From positions 1 through 50,816 of the forward strand of contig CAIWWK010000098.1 in NCBI GenBank assembly GCA_903916325.1: 50,816 nucleotides of DNA, read 5' to 3'. Shown in pieces: positions 8,415 to 18,537 of this stretch. The stretch comes from Candidatus Firestoneibacteriota bacterium. Its GTDB lineage: Bacteria; Oederibacteriota; D2-FULL-39-29; CAIOVX01. Below the pieces are notes generated by a model that did not search any database, was not told the origin of the DNA, and worked only from the letters and a program-made list of their open reading frames with translations. The translations under genes were made by a program, and so were the position numbers. Each line of letters opens with the position of its first letter. Positions within the stretch are counted from its first letter, which is position 1.

Positions 8415-9329
8415 CTAGCGGGAAGCTTTTCCTATGATAGTGGGAACAGAACCGAGGGAGTTGTCTTCAAAGTATTTTTTCAGGTCTTTTATGATTTTTA
8501 CCGGAACTAAAGGGTCATAAAAAGAAGCGGTGCCGACGGCGACCGCGGAAGCGCCGGCAAACAGGTATTCAACCGCGTCTTCGGCTGAAACTATTCCGCC
8601 CGTCCCTATGATAGGCACTCTTACCGCAGAGAAAGCTTCATAGACTGCCCTTACTCCCACTGGCTTTATGGCAGGTCCTGAGAGTCCTCCGATTATATTC
8701 GCAAGTTTTGGTTTTCCCGTGTTTATGTCAATGGCCATTCCCCTCAGAGTGTTGATAAGAGATAACCCGTCCGCGCCGGCCCTCGCCGCCGCTTTCGCTG
8801 TTTCTTTGAAGTCGCTTACTTCGGCGGAGAGTTTTACAAATACCGGAACTTTGCTCTTCCTCTTCACGGCCTTTGTTATGGCAAAAACATCCCCGAGGTC
8901 CTGGCAGAACAACCCGGAATTCTTGTGCTTTACATTCGGACAGGAGATATTCACTTCCAGAGCTGACACTCCTTTTGCTTTTCCGAGCAGCCGGGCAAGC
9001 TCCGCGTATTCGTCTTTTGAGTTCCCCGCAATATTGACAAAAACAGGCAGGTCAAATTGGCGCAGGAACGGAAGCTTCTCGTTTATAACAACTTCAACTC
9101 CGGGATTCTGCAAACCTATGGAGTTAAGCATGCCGTACGGGGTTTCCGCGGCCCTGGGCGGTTTGTTCCCGTCCCTTGGTTTAAGCGTTGTTCCTTTTAC
9201 TATTATACCGCCAAGCAGGTTTAAGTCAAAGATACGCGAAAACTCTTCACCAAACCCGCAGGTCCCGGAGGCCAGCATTACCGGATTCTTCATCTTTATT
9301 CCGGCTATTTTTACATTTAGGTTCGCCAA
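8415..9329 (-). CDS. pyrD: Dihydroorotate dehydrogenase B, catalytic subunit
   Basis: KNPVMLASGT, LNSIGLQNPG, EVNISCPN, INTL, GGLSGPAIKP. Confidence 0.95.
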   Translation of the reverse strand: MANLNVKIAGIKMKNPVMLASGTCGFGEEFSRIFDLNLLGGIIVKGTTLKPRDGNKPPRAAETPYGMLNSIGLQNPGVEVVINEKLPFLRQFDLPVFVNIAGNSKDEYAELARLLGKAKGVSALEVNISCPNVKHKNSGLFCQDLGDVFAITKAVKRKSKVPVFVKLSAEVSDFKETAKAAARAGADGLSLINTLRGMAIDINTGKPKLANIIGGLSGPAIKPVGVRAVYEAFSAVRVPIIGTGGIVSAEDAVEYLFAGASAVAVGTASFYDPLVPVKIIKDLKKYFEDNSLGSVPTIIGKASR

Positions 9330-10111
9330 ACTATCTCCCTTGAATCAAATACAGGCCCGTCGGCGCAAATCCGTTTATACCCCGTGTCAATTCCTTCTTT
9401 AACAGCGCAGACACAGGACAGGCAAACTCCTACGCCGCAGGCCATCATTGACTCCATTGAAACCTGGCATTCTATCCCGTGTTTTTCCGAGACTTGCGCA
9501 ACTGCCTTAAGCATCGGGACGGGACCGCAGGCAAAGACCGCGGAAGTGCCGCAGGAAAGGCCTGAGCATGTCTTTTCCAACCGCCCTGTAACCAGCCCTT
9601 TGAATCCCAGGCTGCCGTCTTCTGTGGTAATCTCCGGCAGGTTAAACCCTTCTTTAAAGACCAACTTTTTATTCTTTGCGCCTATGATTACGGTAGTCTT
9701 TATTCTCAAACTCTTGAGTTTCTCATGGAGGAAAGCAATCGGGGAAACACCATAGCCCCCTGCTATGAGAACGGCGTGCTTCAGCCTTTCGTTAACGGTA
9801 AACCCGTTTCCGAGAGGTCCCAGCACGCTAATGCTTTCGCCGGCCGTCTTTCTTGAGAGCAGTTCCGTTCCTTTACCTGCAGTTTTGAAGAGGATTTCAA
9901 TAAACCCATTCTTTGCGGAAAGCACGCCCATCGGCCTTCTTAGCAGAGGCATTCCGCGCTCATTTACCTGCAGACTGACAAACTGCCCGGGTTTTGCCAA
10001 CGCGGCAATATCCGGAGCCGAAAGCTTCATTTTGAAATAGCCTCCCTGTGTCTCTCTTACGGACAGGACAGCGGCGTCAGAAATCTTTATTTCATATTTT
10101 TGCTTTTTCAC
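9317..10111 (-). CDS. pyrK: Dihydroorotate dehydrogenase B, electron-transfer subunit
   Basis: PGQF, LRRP, GPLGNGF, CGPVPM and the 2Fe-2S motif MACGVGVCLSC...ICADGPVF. Confidence 0.93.
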   Translation of the reverse strand: MKKQKYEIKISDAAVLSVRETQGGYFKMKLSAPDIAALAKPGQFVSLQVNERGMPLLRRPMGVLSAKNGFIEILFKTAGKGTELLSRKTAGESISVLGPLGNGFTVNERLKHAVLIAGGYGVSPIAFLHEKLKSLRIKTTVIIGAKNKKLVFKEGFNLPEITTEDGSLGFKGLVTGRLEKTCSGLSCGTSAVFACGPVPMLKAVAQVSEKHGIECQVSMESMMACGVGVCLSCVCAVKEGIDTGYKRICADGPVFDSREIVWRT

Positions 10112-11486
10112 CGAGTTTTGGCACCTTAACCTTTAATTTTAACTTCTTTCTCAGGAAACTCCCGAATTTAAGCGCTGAGCTCTCTTCCCCGTGCACCACA
10201 AAAACCTTTGGCTTCTTGCTTTTGAAGTTTGAAACCCAGTTTAAGAGGCCTTTGCGGTCGGCATGGCCCGAAAAACCTCCGAGCGTGTATATTTTTGCGT
10301 TTACGGCTATCTCTTCTCCAAAGATCTTTACCGTCTTATTTCCTTTAATTATGGCATCGCCGAGTGTTCCTCTGGCCTGAAACCCGGTAAAAACAATGTT
10401 ACATTCCTTTCTCCAGAGGTTATGCTTGAGGTGATGTTTTATGCGCCCGGCTTCGCACATACCGCTCGCTGATATTATTATGGCCCCGCTCTTCACTTCG
10501 TTCAAGGCCTTTGAATCGTCGGCTCTCTTCGCGAATATCAGGCTTGGAAAATCGAACGGCTCCATGCCTTTCTTCATCCTGTTTTTTGTCGTCCTGTCAA
10601 AAAATCCGGTATTTGCCCGGAAGATCTCCGTGGCGGCAATGGCAAGCGGCGAGTCAACGTAAACCGTAAAGCCTTCAAGTTTCTTCTTGTCATAGAGCAT
10701 GCGAAGCTCGTAAATTATTTCCTGTGTCCGTTCTATCGCGAATGCAGGGATTATTATGTTGCCGCCGGTGTTCTTTGTCTTCTTTATTATGCCGGCAAAC
10801 TCTTTAACGGTCTCCTGCCTCGACTTGTGCAGCCGGTCGCCGTAAGTTGACTCCACTACAAGGTAGTCCGTGTCCTTTAGTTTAGTCGGGTCGCTAAGGA
10901 TCTCCTGCCTTTCATTCCCGACATCACCCGAGAAAACCACCCTTTTGCTCTTGTTCTTTTCGGTATAGCTTATCTCAACTATTGCCGAGCCCAGGATATG
11001 CCCGGCATCCACAAACCTCACCTTGAAACCATTGACGGGAAAAGCTTTGTTATACTCCCTTGTCTCAAAATTTTTCATGCATTCTTCGGCATCGGAAACA
11101 GTATACACCGGGTCAAGCGGCTCTTTGCCGGCGCGTACCCTTTTGCGGTTCCTCCATTCAAGTTCTATGCTTTCCACATGGGCCGCGTCGATAAACATTA
11201 TTTTGCAAAGTTCCATCGTCGGTTTCGTGCAGAGGATTTTTCCCCTGAAGCCTTTTTTCACGAGCCTCGGGACCAGCCCCGAATGGTCAATGTGGGCGTG
11301 AGTCAGTATCAGATAATTAATTTCCGAAGGCTCGAACGCGAAATCCTGATAGTTCATCTCGGTCAAATCTTTAGTGCCCTGGAACATCCCGCAGTCCACC
11401 ATAATCTTGTGCTTGCCGTCGGATATGAGATATTTTGAACCGGTAACTGTCCTTGCGGCGCCTAAAAAGGATATTTCTATGGACAT
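10092..11486 (-). CDS. MBL-fold metallo-hydrolase with beta-CASP and RNA-specificity domains
   Basis: GAARTVTGS, DCGMFQG, THAHIDHSG, AGHILGS, ESTYG, SGHAD, VVHGE. Confidence 0.9.
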   Translation of the reverse strand: MSIEISFLGAARTVTGSKYLISDGKHKIMVDCGMFQGTKDLTEMNYQDFAFEPSEINYLILTHAHIDHSGLVPRLVKKGFRGKILCTKPTMELCKIMFIDAAHVESIELEWRNRKRVRAGKEPLDPVYTVSDAEECMKNFETREYNKAFPVNGFKVRFVDAGHILGSAIVEISYTEKNKSKRVVFSGDVGNERQEILSDPTKLKDTDYLVVESTYGDRLHKSRQETVKEFAGIIKKTKNTGGNIIIPAFAIERTQEIIYELRMLYDKKKLEGFTVYVDSPLAIAATEIFRANTGFFDRTTKNRMKKGMEPFDFPSLIFAKRADDSKALNEVKSGAIIISASGMCEAGRIKHHLKHNLWRKECNIVFTGFQARGTLGDAIIKGNKTVKIFGEEIAVNAKIYTLGGFSGHADRKGLLNWVSNFKSKKPKVFVVHGEESSALKFGSFLRKKLKLKVKVPKLGEKAKI

Positions 11487-11497
11487 TGACCCTCCGG

Positions 11498-12289
11498 CTA
11501 ATTTGTTTTCTTGCGTTTTACCGATAGCTTTGTGTTTCCTTTACCCGTAAAGACCGCGACTATTATCCCCAATTCATAAAGCAATATCAAGCAGGCCGAA
11601 AGCACCAGCATAGATACCGGGGTAGGATCAGGAGTTAAAGCGGCAGAAAATATAACGATAATCATTATCGCCGCCTTTCTTGAAGCCCTCAGTTGTTTTG
11701 CCGAAACAACACCGGCCCGCGCGAGCATTCCTATCACGAGAGGAAGTTCGAAGGGTATAGAAAATATCACTATCATCAAGAGCAGGAAATTCGTGAAGCT
11801 TCCCATTGCTATCATGGGAACAGCGCCCGCTGATGCACCGTATTTTACGAAAATATCTATGGTCACCGGAATAAGCAGGAGATATGACACGATGGCGCCC
11901 GCGGCAAAAAACAAGATTGACCCGAATGCAACGTAAGCCAGCAGGATCCGGTCCCTTTTTGAGAATGCCGGAGAAATGAAAGCGTATGCCTCCCAGGCAA
12001 GGACAGGAGAAACCGCGGCTGCCCCGATAAAGGCAGCCACTTTCATGCCGGCAAAAACCGGGTCAAGAGGCTGGGTGAAGATGAGCTTAGGAGCTTCGAG
12101 CAGTCCGAACTCACCTGCTTTGGGCATAAAATGCTCGAAGAGATACTTAAGAAGCCTTGCAGCGTAGGAATCGAAGAAATTGGGAAATATAAGAGGAATA
12201 GTAAAGAAGAGCAGGAAACATCCGATAACTACCAGAAGCCTCCGGCGGAGCTCGTCCAAATGCCCGACAACCGTCTTGCGTCCGTCCAT
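11498..12289 (-). CDS. tatC: Twin-arginine translocase subunit TatC
   Basis: HLDELRRR, AFISPA, FELP and AALTPDP motifs; about six TM segments. Confidence 0.9.
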   Translation of the reverse strand: MDGRKTVVGHLDELRRRLLVVIGCFLLFFTIPLIFPNFFDSYAARLLKYLFEHFMPKAGEFGLLEAPKLIFTQPLDPVFAGMKVAAFIGAAAVSPVLAWEAYAFISPAFSKRDRILLAYVAFGSILFFAAGAIVSYLLLIPVTIDIFVKYGASAGAVPMIAMGSFTNFLLLMIVIFSIPFELPLVIGMLARAGVVSAKQLRASRKAAIMIIVIFSAALTPDPTPVSMLVLSACLILLYELGIIVAVFTGKGNTKLSVKRKKTN

Positions 12290-12355
12290 TCCCGTCCTTT
12301 GCAGCTGATAATTGCAACGATTACTGAATCCTTAAAGTTTTGAATTTCGAATTTG

Positions 12356-15300
12356 TTATTTTTTTAGATAGTCCTGCAAAGCGCGGACATTCAAACCCCT
12401 CTTCATCATCGCTTCAATTCCGTTCACGGCCGCCTGCGCTCCGGAAATGGTGGTTATGCACGGCACACCGTGCACTATCGCTGCTCTCCTGATCTGATAA
12501 CCGTCGTTCTTTGGACCTTTGCCCGAAGGCGTATTAATGATGAGCGCAATCTCTTTGTTCTTGATTAGGTCGACTATGTTGGGCCTGCCTTCGAAAACTT
12601 TATTCACCGCCTTGACTTCAAGGCCGTTCTTTTTGAGGGTCTCGGCCGTTCCAGCGGTCGCCACAAGTTTGAAACCGAGATCCGCAAGCTGCTTGGCGAC
12701 AAATATTATGTCGCGCTTATACCTGTTTATGACAGAAAGGAATACGGTGCCTTTTACGGGTAAAGCGCTCCCGGCCGCTATCTGTGACTTCGCGAAGGCC
12801 CTTCCGAAATCCGTATCTATTCCCATAACCTCGCCGGTTGATTTCATTTCCGGACCGAGTACGGAATCAACACCCGGGAATTTAACGAACGGGAAGACTG
12901 ATTCCTTTACGGAAATATGTTCAAGCACCGGCTCTTTGGTTATGCCGAGCTGTTTCAGTGTTTTTCCCGCCATCACCCTTGCCGCGACCTTAGCCCAGGG
13001 TATACCGGTGGCTTTGCTGACAAAAGGCACGGTCCTGGACGCCCTTGGGTTAACTTCCAGCACGTAGACGGTCTCTCCTTTAATAGCGTACTGAATGTTC
13101 ATAAGGCCTTTCACTTTGAGGTGTTTGGCAAGCAGGTAAGTGTATTGTTTTATCGTGTCTATCTGGGCTTTCCCAAGCGAGAACGGCGGGATGACACATG
13201 CCGAATCGCCGGAATGTATGCCGGCTTCTTCGATATGCTCCATGATACCGCAGATTATGGTCTGCTTGCCGTCCGAGACAGCATCAACATCCACCTCTTC
13301 AGCGTCATCCAAAAATTTATCTATAAGCACCGGGTGCTCGCCGGAAACGAGCAGGGCGTTGCTGGCAAACTGCTCCATCTGGGATTCGTCGTAAACTATC
13401 TCCATAGCTCTTCCGCCGAGCACGTAGGACGGGCGGACCAGCACAGGATATCCTATTCTATCCGCGACCTTGTAAGATTCCTTGAGCGATCTGGCCGTGC
13501 CGTTCGCCGGCTGCGGAATCTTGAGCCGGTCCAGCAGGGCGCCGAAGAGCTTTCTGTCCTCGGCGACGTTTATACTTTCCGGAGTCGTTCCTATTATTCT
13601 AACATTCTCTTTCCAGAGAGGAACTGCAAGCTTGAGAGGCGTCTGCCCGCCAAACTGAACTATCACCCCGTAAGGATTTTCGCGCTTCATTATATGCATG
13701 ACATCTTCAAAGGTAAGAGGCTCAAAGTAGAGCCTGTCTGAAGTATCATAGTCCGTGCTTACGGTCTCAGGGTTACAGTTTATCATTATCACTTCATAGC
13801 CGTCGGCCTTGAGCGCGAACGCGGCGTGAACGCAGCAGTAATCAAACTCTATCCCCTGCCCTATTCTGTTGGGCCCGCCCCCGAGGATAGCAATTTTCTT
13901 GCGCTTTGTAGGAAGAGCTTCATCCTCTGTTTCATAAGTGGAATAGAGATAAGGGGTATAGGCCTCAAACTCCGCGGCGCAGGTGTCAACCATTTTATAA
14001 ACAGGCACTATCCCGTTCTTTAGGCGGAACTTTCTGATATCCTGTTCTTTCTTCCCGAGCAGCAAGGCTATAGCCTTGTCGGAAAACCCTTTCTGTTTCG
14101 CGCTTCTTATTATAGCGGGTAAATTTTTCTTTTTGCCTTTGGTTGAGGAGATGATATCTTCTTCGTCAATAATATCTTTCATTTCCGAGAGGAACCACCT
14201 GTCTATACCGGTAAGTTCAAATATTCTGTCCATTGAAAAACCGGATTTAAAGGCATCTCGAAGGTAGTAGAGCCTTTCCCAGTTTGGTATCTGAAGTCTT
14301 TGTTTAATTTCTTCATGTGAATACTTTTTATCCCTGTTAAAGAGGCCGAACTTGTCTATTTCCAGAGACCTTATCGCTTTCTGGAAGGATTCCTTGAAGG
14401 TCCTGCCGATGGCCATTACTTCACCGACAGATTTCATCTGTGTTCCAAGCACCTCATCCGCCCCGGGAAATTTCTCAAAAGCCCAGCGCGGTATCTTTGT
14501 CACGACATAATCGATTGTAGGCTCAAATGCCGCCTTTGTGTATCTGGTAATATCATTGGGAATCTCGTCAAGAGTATAGCCGACCGCGAGCTTGGCTGCT
14601 ATCTTTGCTATAGGGAAACCCGTCGCTTTTGAGGCCAGAGCAGAGCTTCTTGAAACGCGCGGGTTCATCTCTACGACAACTATGCCGCCGTTTTTCGGAT
14701 TGACAGCGAATTGCACGTTGGAACCGCCGGTATCAACGCCTATCTCCCTCATGATGGCAATGGAAGCATCGCGGAGTTTTTGATATTCCTTGTCGGTAAG
14801 CGTCTGGGCGGGCGCGACCGTAATACTGTCGCCTGTGTGCACTCCCATTGGATCAAAGTTCTCAATAGAACATATAATGACAACGTTATCTTTCAGGTCT
14901 CTCATGACCTCCAGCTCGTATTCTTTCCAGCCGATTACCGACTGCTCAAGCAGGACCTGCCCTATCATGCTCGCTTCTATCCCTATTTTTGACTTATCGC
15001 GGAGCTCATCAAGATTGTAGGCAATACTCCCGCCCGTGCCTCCAAGCGTAAACGAAGGCCTTATGATAAGAGGGAATCCGAGCTCTTTTGAAATGTTAAC
15101 AGCCTCTTCAACGCTGCAAGCCGGATGGCTAGCCGGCACTGAAAGTCCTATCTTTTGCATTGCTTCTTTAAAAAGTATCCTGTCTTCCGCCTTCTTAATG
15201 GCCGGAAGCTTGGCTCCTATCAGTTCAACGCCGAATTTCGCTAGAACGCCGCTCTCAGCAAGCTCAACCGCTACATTCAGGCCGGTCTGCCCTCCTATGG

Positions 15301-15565
15301 TGGGCAGTATCGCATCAGGCCTCTCCGCCTCGATTATTTTGGCGACCATCTCCGCGGTAACAGGCTCTATGTAGGTCCTGTCCGCAAATTCCGGATCTGT
15401 CATGATTGTGGCAGGATTGCTGTTCACAAGAATTACGGTATAACCCTCTTCCTTTAGCGCTTTACACGCCTGAGTGCCGGAATAGTCGAATTCGCAAGCC
15501 TGACCGATGACTATCGGACCGGAGCCTATCAGGAGGATTTTCTTTATATCAGTTCTCTTTGGCAT
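12356..15565 (-). CDS. carB: Carbamoyl-phosphate synthase large subunit
   Basis: [30 protein letters not shown]; duplicated ATP-grasp domains; C-terminal MGS domain. Confidence 0.98.
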   Translation of the reverse strand: MPKRTDIKKILLIGSGPIVIGQACEFDYSGTQACKALKEEGYTVILVNSNPATIMTDPEFADRTYIEPVTAEMVAKIIEAERPDAILPTIGGQTGLNVAVELAESGVLAKFGVELIGAKLPAIKKAEDRILFKEAMQKIGLSVPASHPACSVEEAVNISKELGFPLIIRPSFTLGGTGGSIAYNLDELRDKSKIGIEASMIGQVLLEQSVIGWKEYELEVMRDLKDNVVIICSIENFDPMGVHTGDSITVAPAQTLTDKEYQKLRDASIAIMREIGVDTGGSNVQFAVNPKNGGIVVVEMNPRVSRSSALASKATGFPIAKIAAKLAVGYTLDEIPNDITRYTKAAFEPTIDYVVTKIPRWAFEKFPGADEVLGTQMKSVGEVMAIGRTFKESFQKAIRSLEIDKFGLFNRDKKYSHEEIKQRLQIPNWERLYYLRDAFKSGFSMDRIFELTGIDRWFLSEMKDIIDEEDIISSTKGKKKNLPAIIRSAKQKGFSDKAIALLLGKKEQDIRKFRLKNGIVPVYKMVDTCAAEFEAYTPYLYSTYETEDEALPTKRKKIAILGGGPNRIGQGIEFDYCCVHAAFALKADGYEVIMINCNPETVSTDYDTSDRLYFEPLTFEDVMHIMKRENPYGVIVQFGGQTPLKLAVPLWKENVRIIGTTPESINVAEDRKLFGALLDRLKIPQPANGTARSLKESYKVADRIGYPVLVRPSYVLGGRAMEIVYDESQMEQFASNALLVSGEHPVLIDKFLDDAEEVDVDAVSDGKQTIICGIMEHIEEAGIHSGDSACVIPPFSLGKAQIDTIKQYTYLLAKHLKVKGLMNIQYAIKGETVYVLEVNPRASRTVPFVSKATGIPWAKVAARVMAGKTLKQLGITKEPVLEHISVKESVFPFVKFPGVDSVLGPEMKSTGEVMGIDTDFGRAFAKSQIAAGSALPVKGTVFLSVINRYKRDIIFVAKQLADLGFKLVATAGTAETLKKNGLEVKAVNKVFEGRPNIVDLIKNKEIALIINTPSGKGPKNDGYQIRRAAIVHGVPCITTISGAQAAVNGIEAMMKRGLNVRALQDYLKK

Positions 15566-15578
15566 TTTTTCCCTTTTT

Positions 15579-15611
15579 AAAAAGCCGCGCCCGCCAAAAA
15601 GCGGACGCGGC
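15579..15611 (-). terminator. Probable intrinsic terminator between the YHS gene and carB
   Basis: GC hairpin gccgcg-cccgc/gcgg-acgcggc followed by a T-run on the minus strand. Confidence 0.55.
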
Positions 15612-15635
15612 CTGAAGTCTTTTCAATCAAAGCCG

Positions 15636-16571
15636 CTATTTCTCTTTAGTTGTATCCGCCGCAGGCTCTGCAGCCTTCTTTTTTTTGTCTTCTACAGGCT
15701 TTTTTAGTACGGTCCTCAAATACATCTTATCAGCGTCTATGTATTGCAGAGGACTCGCCTCAAACATAGTTTTGTGCGTGTTACCGCAAAAGAAATAGGT
15801 TCTGCCTTCATACCTTGCATCCGGAAAAGTATTTCTCCCGCGCCCTCTTATCTTGTCCTGCTTGCCGCAAACCTGGCACGTTACTATATCTTTAGAATAT
15901 TTCCACTGGTTTTTGTCAAACTCTTTTTTCCTTGCCTCGTCAATGAAATAATATCTTACACCGTGATACTCGGAAGAAGGCGTCTTTTCCGTAACTTTAA
16001 TGCTTGTTCCTGTGACCGCGCAAACTGTTTCGGTAAGTATAGTCGAATCCGCCTCGGCGGGAACCGGCATTTTTTTTACTGCCTCTGGTTTTACCGCCGG
16101 AACAGCTGCAGGAGCAGCCTGGGCCGGAACTGCAGGAACTGCAGGAACTGCCGGAGCTGCCGGAACTACCTGCGCCGGAGCCATGGGAGCGGGCTTCGCC
16201 GGAGTGGCAGGAATAGCCTGCACCGGAGCTGCAGGAACAGCTTGCGCCGGAGCTGCAGGAGCCGCCTGTGCCGGAGCTGCAGGAGCCGCCTGTGCCGGAG
16301 CTGCAGGAACAGACTGCGCCGGAGCTATAGGAACAGACTGCGCCGGAGTTGCAGGAATAGCCTGCACCGGAGCTGCAGGAACAGCTTGCGCCGGAGCTGC
16401 AGGAGCCGCCTGTGCCGGAGCTGCAGGAACAGTTACCTCCACTTTTTTTTCTTGAATAACGGCTTTAGGGGCGGATTTTTTTTCAGGCGCCGGCTCGTCC
16501 TCATCAAAAGCCTGGCCAAAAACTCCGACGGAAAGGAAAAGAACACCTAGGATTGTTACTATTAACCTCAT
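15636..16571 (-). CDS. Exported protein with Pro/Ala-rich repeat linker and two YHS/TRASH-like domains
   Basis: AGGAGG RBS before ATG 16571; signal peptide; CAVTG...EYHGVRYYF...F and CQVCG...YEGRTYFFC...FEASPLQY. Confidence 0.75.
   Translation of the reverse strand: MRLIVTILGVLFLSVGVFGQAFDEDEPAPEKKSAPKAVIQEKKVEVTVPAAPAQAAPAAPAQAVPAAPVQAIPATPAQSVPIAPAQSVPAAPAQAAPAAPAQAAPAAPAQAVPAAPVQAIPATPAKPAPMAPAQVVPAAPAVPAVPAVPAQAAPAAVPAVKPEAVKKMPVPAEADSTILTETVCAVTGTSIKVTEKTPSSEYHGVRYYFIDEARKKEFDKNQWKYSKDIVTCQVCGKQDKIRGRGRNTFPDARYEGRTYFFCGNTHKTMFEASPLQYIDADKMYLRTVLKKPVEDKKKKAAEPAADTTKEK
16095..16432 (-). repeat. Coding 24-bp tandem repeat (PAAPAQAx) with a 78-bp exact internal duplication
   Basis: gccggagctgcagga-type units every 24 bp; 16207-16284 is identical to 16351-16428. 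Confidence 0.9.
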
Positions 16572-16607
16572 AAAGGATACCTCCTGAGGATTAAACTTAA
16601 CTTCGTA

Positions 16608-16636
16608 ATTATGCCACACATGGCTGGAAAAGTCAA
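16608..16636 (-). promoter_or_regulatory. Sigma70 promoter for the YHS gene
   Basis: TTGACT-17 bp-CATAAT with TGn extension. Confidence 0.65.
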
Positions 16637-16660
16637 CAAATTCATGTTTTTTGAATAACC

Positions 16661-16689
16661 TTGATAATTCAATTTGCTAATGTTATTAT
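16661..16689 (+). promoter_or_regulatory. Sigma70 promoter for tRNA-Leu
   Basis: TTGATA-17 bp-TATTAT with TGn extension, ending 14 bp before the tRNA. Confidence 0.65.
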
Positions 16690-16703
16690 TGAAACTCTAA
16701 AAT

Positions 16704-16787
16704 GCCGGAGTGGTGGAATTGGTAGACGCAGAGGACTCAAAATCCTCCGACTTCACGGTCATGAGAGTTCGATTCTCTCCTCCGGCA
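16704..16787 (+). tRNA. tRNA-Leu(CAA); CCA end not encoded
   Basis: Acceptor stem gccggag/ctccggc, D-loop GGTAG, anticodon arm gagga-ctCAAaa-tcctc, long variable arm, T-arm gagag-TTCGATT-ctctc. Confidence 0.96.
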
Positions 16788-16796
16788 TATGATACG

Positions 16797-16827
16797 ATTG
16801 CTGATTACTAATTGCTTATTGCTAATT
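16797..16827. repeat. Degenerate 7-mer tandem array downstream of tRNA-Leu
   Basis: attgctg-attacta-attgctt-attgcta-att. Confidence 0.6.
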
Positions 16828-16864
16828 CACCTCTTCCCAGGGTTCAACGTCAAAAAGGACGGCA

Positions 16865-17506
16865 ATGAAAACGGAATTCATAGACATTACTTTACCGGTA
16901 AAGCCGGGCATGCTCAGATGGCCAGGGGACGCATTGGTTCGTGTAAGGAAAATCAAAGAAATGAATAAGGGCGCCGGAAACAACCTTAGCTCGATTTCTC
17001 TTGGCTCGCATGCCGGCACGCACATGGACGCTCCTCTTCATTTCTTTGCGAACGGGAAAAGCCTGGATAAGATGCCTATAGAGGCGGTTATCGGACCGGC
17101 AAGAGTTGTTGAAATTAAGGATGAAGAATGCGTGAAAGTCAGTGAACTGGCGCGATTCAATTTCCGCAAGGGCGAGCGGATACTTATTAAAACCAGGAAC
17201 TCATGTTTTATTAAGGAGCGCAGCTTTAGGAAAAACTTCGTTTACATCTCTCTTCCGGCCGCGAAATACATTGTGTCACGAGGTGTTATGACAGTTGGTG
17301 TAGATTATCTTTCCGTTGGAGGGTTCAAAAAAGACGGTCCCGAGGTGCACAGAACCCTTCTTGGAGCCGGAATTTGGATCATCGAAGGACTGGACTTAAC
17401 CAAGGTCAGATCCGGGAAATATAACCTTTTTTGCCTGCCACTGAAAACCACAGGACTTGAAGGCGCTCCGGCAAGGGTTGTGGTAAGAAAACAAAAAGGG
17501 TTATAA
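16865..17506 (+). CDS. Cyclase family metal-dependent hydrolase (kynurenine formamidase-like)
   Basis: WPGD, HAGTHMDAPLHF (HxGTHxDxPxH), GVDYLS, IIEGL, GAPAR. Confidence 0.9.
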   Translation: MKTEFIDITLPVKPGMLRWPGDALVRVRKIKEMNKGAGNNLSSISLGSHAGTHMDAPLHFFANGKSLDKMPIEAVIGPARVVEIKDEECVKVSELARFNFRKGERILIKTRNSCFIKERSFRKNFVYISLPAAKYIVSRGVMTVGVDYLSVGGFKKDGPEVHRTLLGAGIWIIEGLDLTKVRSGKYNLFCLPLKTTGLEGAPARVVVRKQKGL

Positions 17507-17622
17507 AGTTTATAGGTTTATATGCCGCGCTCCGCGTGTCATATTTTAACAGGTAGGATATTCTTCATGCCAGACTCCGTCTGGCATAGCAAAAATAGGT
17601 TAGTAAAGTAAGAGCCTAACAA

Positions 17623-18537
17623 CTATTTTGAATCGAACATAAACGAAACCGAGAAAGTATGCGTGGTTCCGAGGTCTCCGAAGGGCACATAGGCGTAGTC
17701 TACGCTGATGTTTCCGATTACCAAACCTGCTCCCGCGGTCAGTCCAACCACATCGCTGTTCTTTAATGTGTATCCAACTCTTAATGCTCCGGACATGGAA
17801 CTGTCCAGCCTGAGTTTGTATTCCGCTCCCACAGCTGCGTACAGGCTTGAATCTGAAGGCGCTACTGCATCTACCGCCAACAGCAAGTCTTTCATTACAT
17901 TCCCAGATATACCCGCTTTTACAGATAGCGGCACTGTGAATGCGTCCGAGACAAACTTTCCTCCGAATCCCAGGTTGTAAATACCGATTGCTCCTGTTGC
18001 CTGAATATCTCCAAGTTTTAGCGGCTGCATAACTCCCGCGTCAATACAAAACGCGCTGGCCGTAGACACGATGCTCAACGATGCGTACTTTACCGTTACT
18101 CCCAGACTTAAATCATTCAGTTTAGCAGCATAGCTTGCCTCTATCACAAGATCCGCCGGGTTGAAGGTTCCTGTGGTGAGTCCCGTCGTGTCGGTCTGCG
18201 GGATGCTCCCGTAGTTCAAGTACTTCACCCCAATACCTACCCTGTCATTTCCCATCGGCATCGCAACCGAGACCCATTCGTAGCTCGTATCTCCAAACCA
18301 GATGGAGTGCATGAAGGTTGCTGTGGGTTTCGTCAGGGTGTTTAATCCTGCCGGATTCCAAAACACAGCCGTTGAATCATCAGCTATTGAAGTAAACGCT
18401 TCTCCCATTCCTTGCGCTCTCGCTCCCGCAGGCAGGTTCAATACTGCAGCTCCCGTCGTTCCGTTGTCGCTACTACTGAAGGCCAGCGCTGCAGTTGCCA
18501 TCAATGTTCCGGCTACGATAATAATTAGTTTTTTCAT
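17623..18537 (-). CDS. PorV/PorQ (UPF0164)-family outer-membrane beta-barrel protein
   Basis: Signal peptide; GARAQGMGEAF...ADDSTAVFWNPAGL (FadL/PorV-type N-terminus); LRVGY and VDYAYVPFGDLGTTHTFS barrel strands. Confidence 0.85.
   Translation of the reverse strand: MKKLIIIVAGTLMATAALAFSSSDNGTTGAAVLNLPAGARAQGMGEAFTSIADDSTAVFWNPAGLNTLTKPTATFMHSIWFGDTSYEWVSVAMPMGNDRVGIGVKYLNYGSIPQTDTTGLTTGTFNPADLVIEASYAAKLNDLSLGVTVKYASLSIVSTASAFCIDAGVMQPLKLGDIQATGAIGIYNLGFGGKFVSDAFTVPLSVKAGISGNVMKDLLLAVDAVAPSDSSLYAAVGAEYKLRLDSSMSGALRVGYTLKNSDVVGLTAGAGLVIGNISVDYAYVPFGDLGTTHTFSVSFMFDSK

Noticed and set aside
12340-12354. TTGAATT-TCGAATT 7-mer pair after the carB stop
   Set aside because: Only two units; too short to distinguish from chance
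15566-15635. PyrR-type attenuator upstream of carB
   Set aside because: Only a terminator-like hairpin is present; no PyrR binding-loop consensus seen
15744-16550. Cys/Arg-rich 268-aa and Gly/Ala-rich 151-aa plus-strand ORFs resembling metallothioneins or RiPP precursors
   Set aside because: Antisense readings of the 24-bp repeat. The minus-strand gene has the RBS, promoter, signal peptide and domains.
17567-17587. Hairpin ATGCCAGAC-tcc-GTCTGGCAT as a second IS end or REP
   Set aside because: Single hairpin with no partner end, no matching guide/cleavage pair and no adjacent U-tract. It may help terminate the convergent genes, but this is unsupported.
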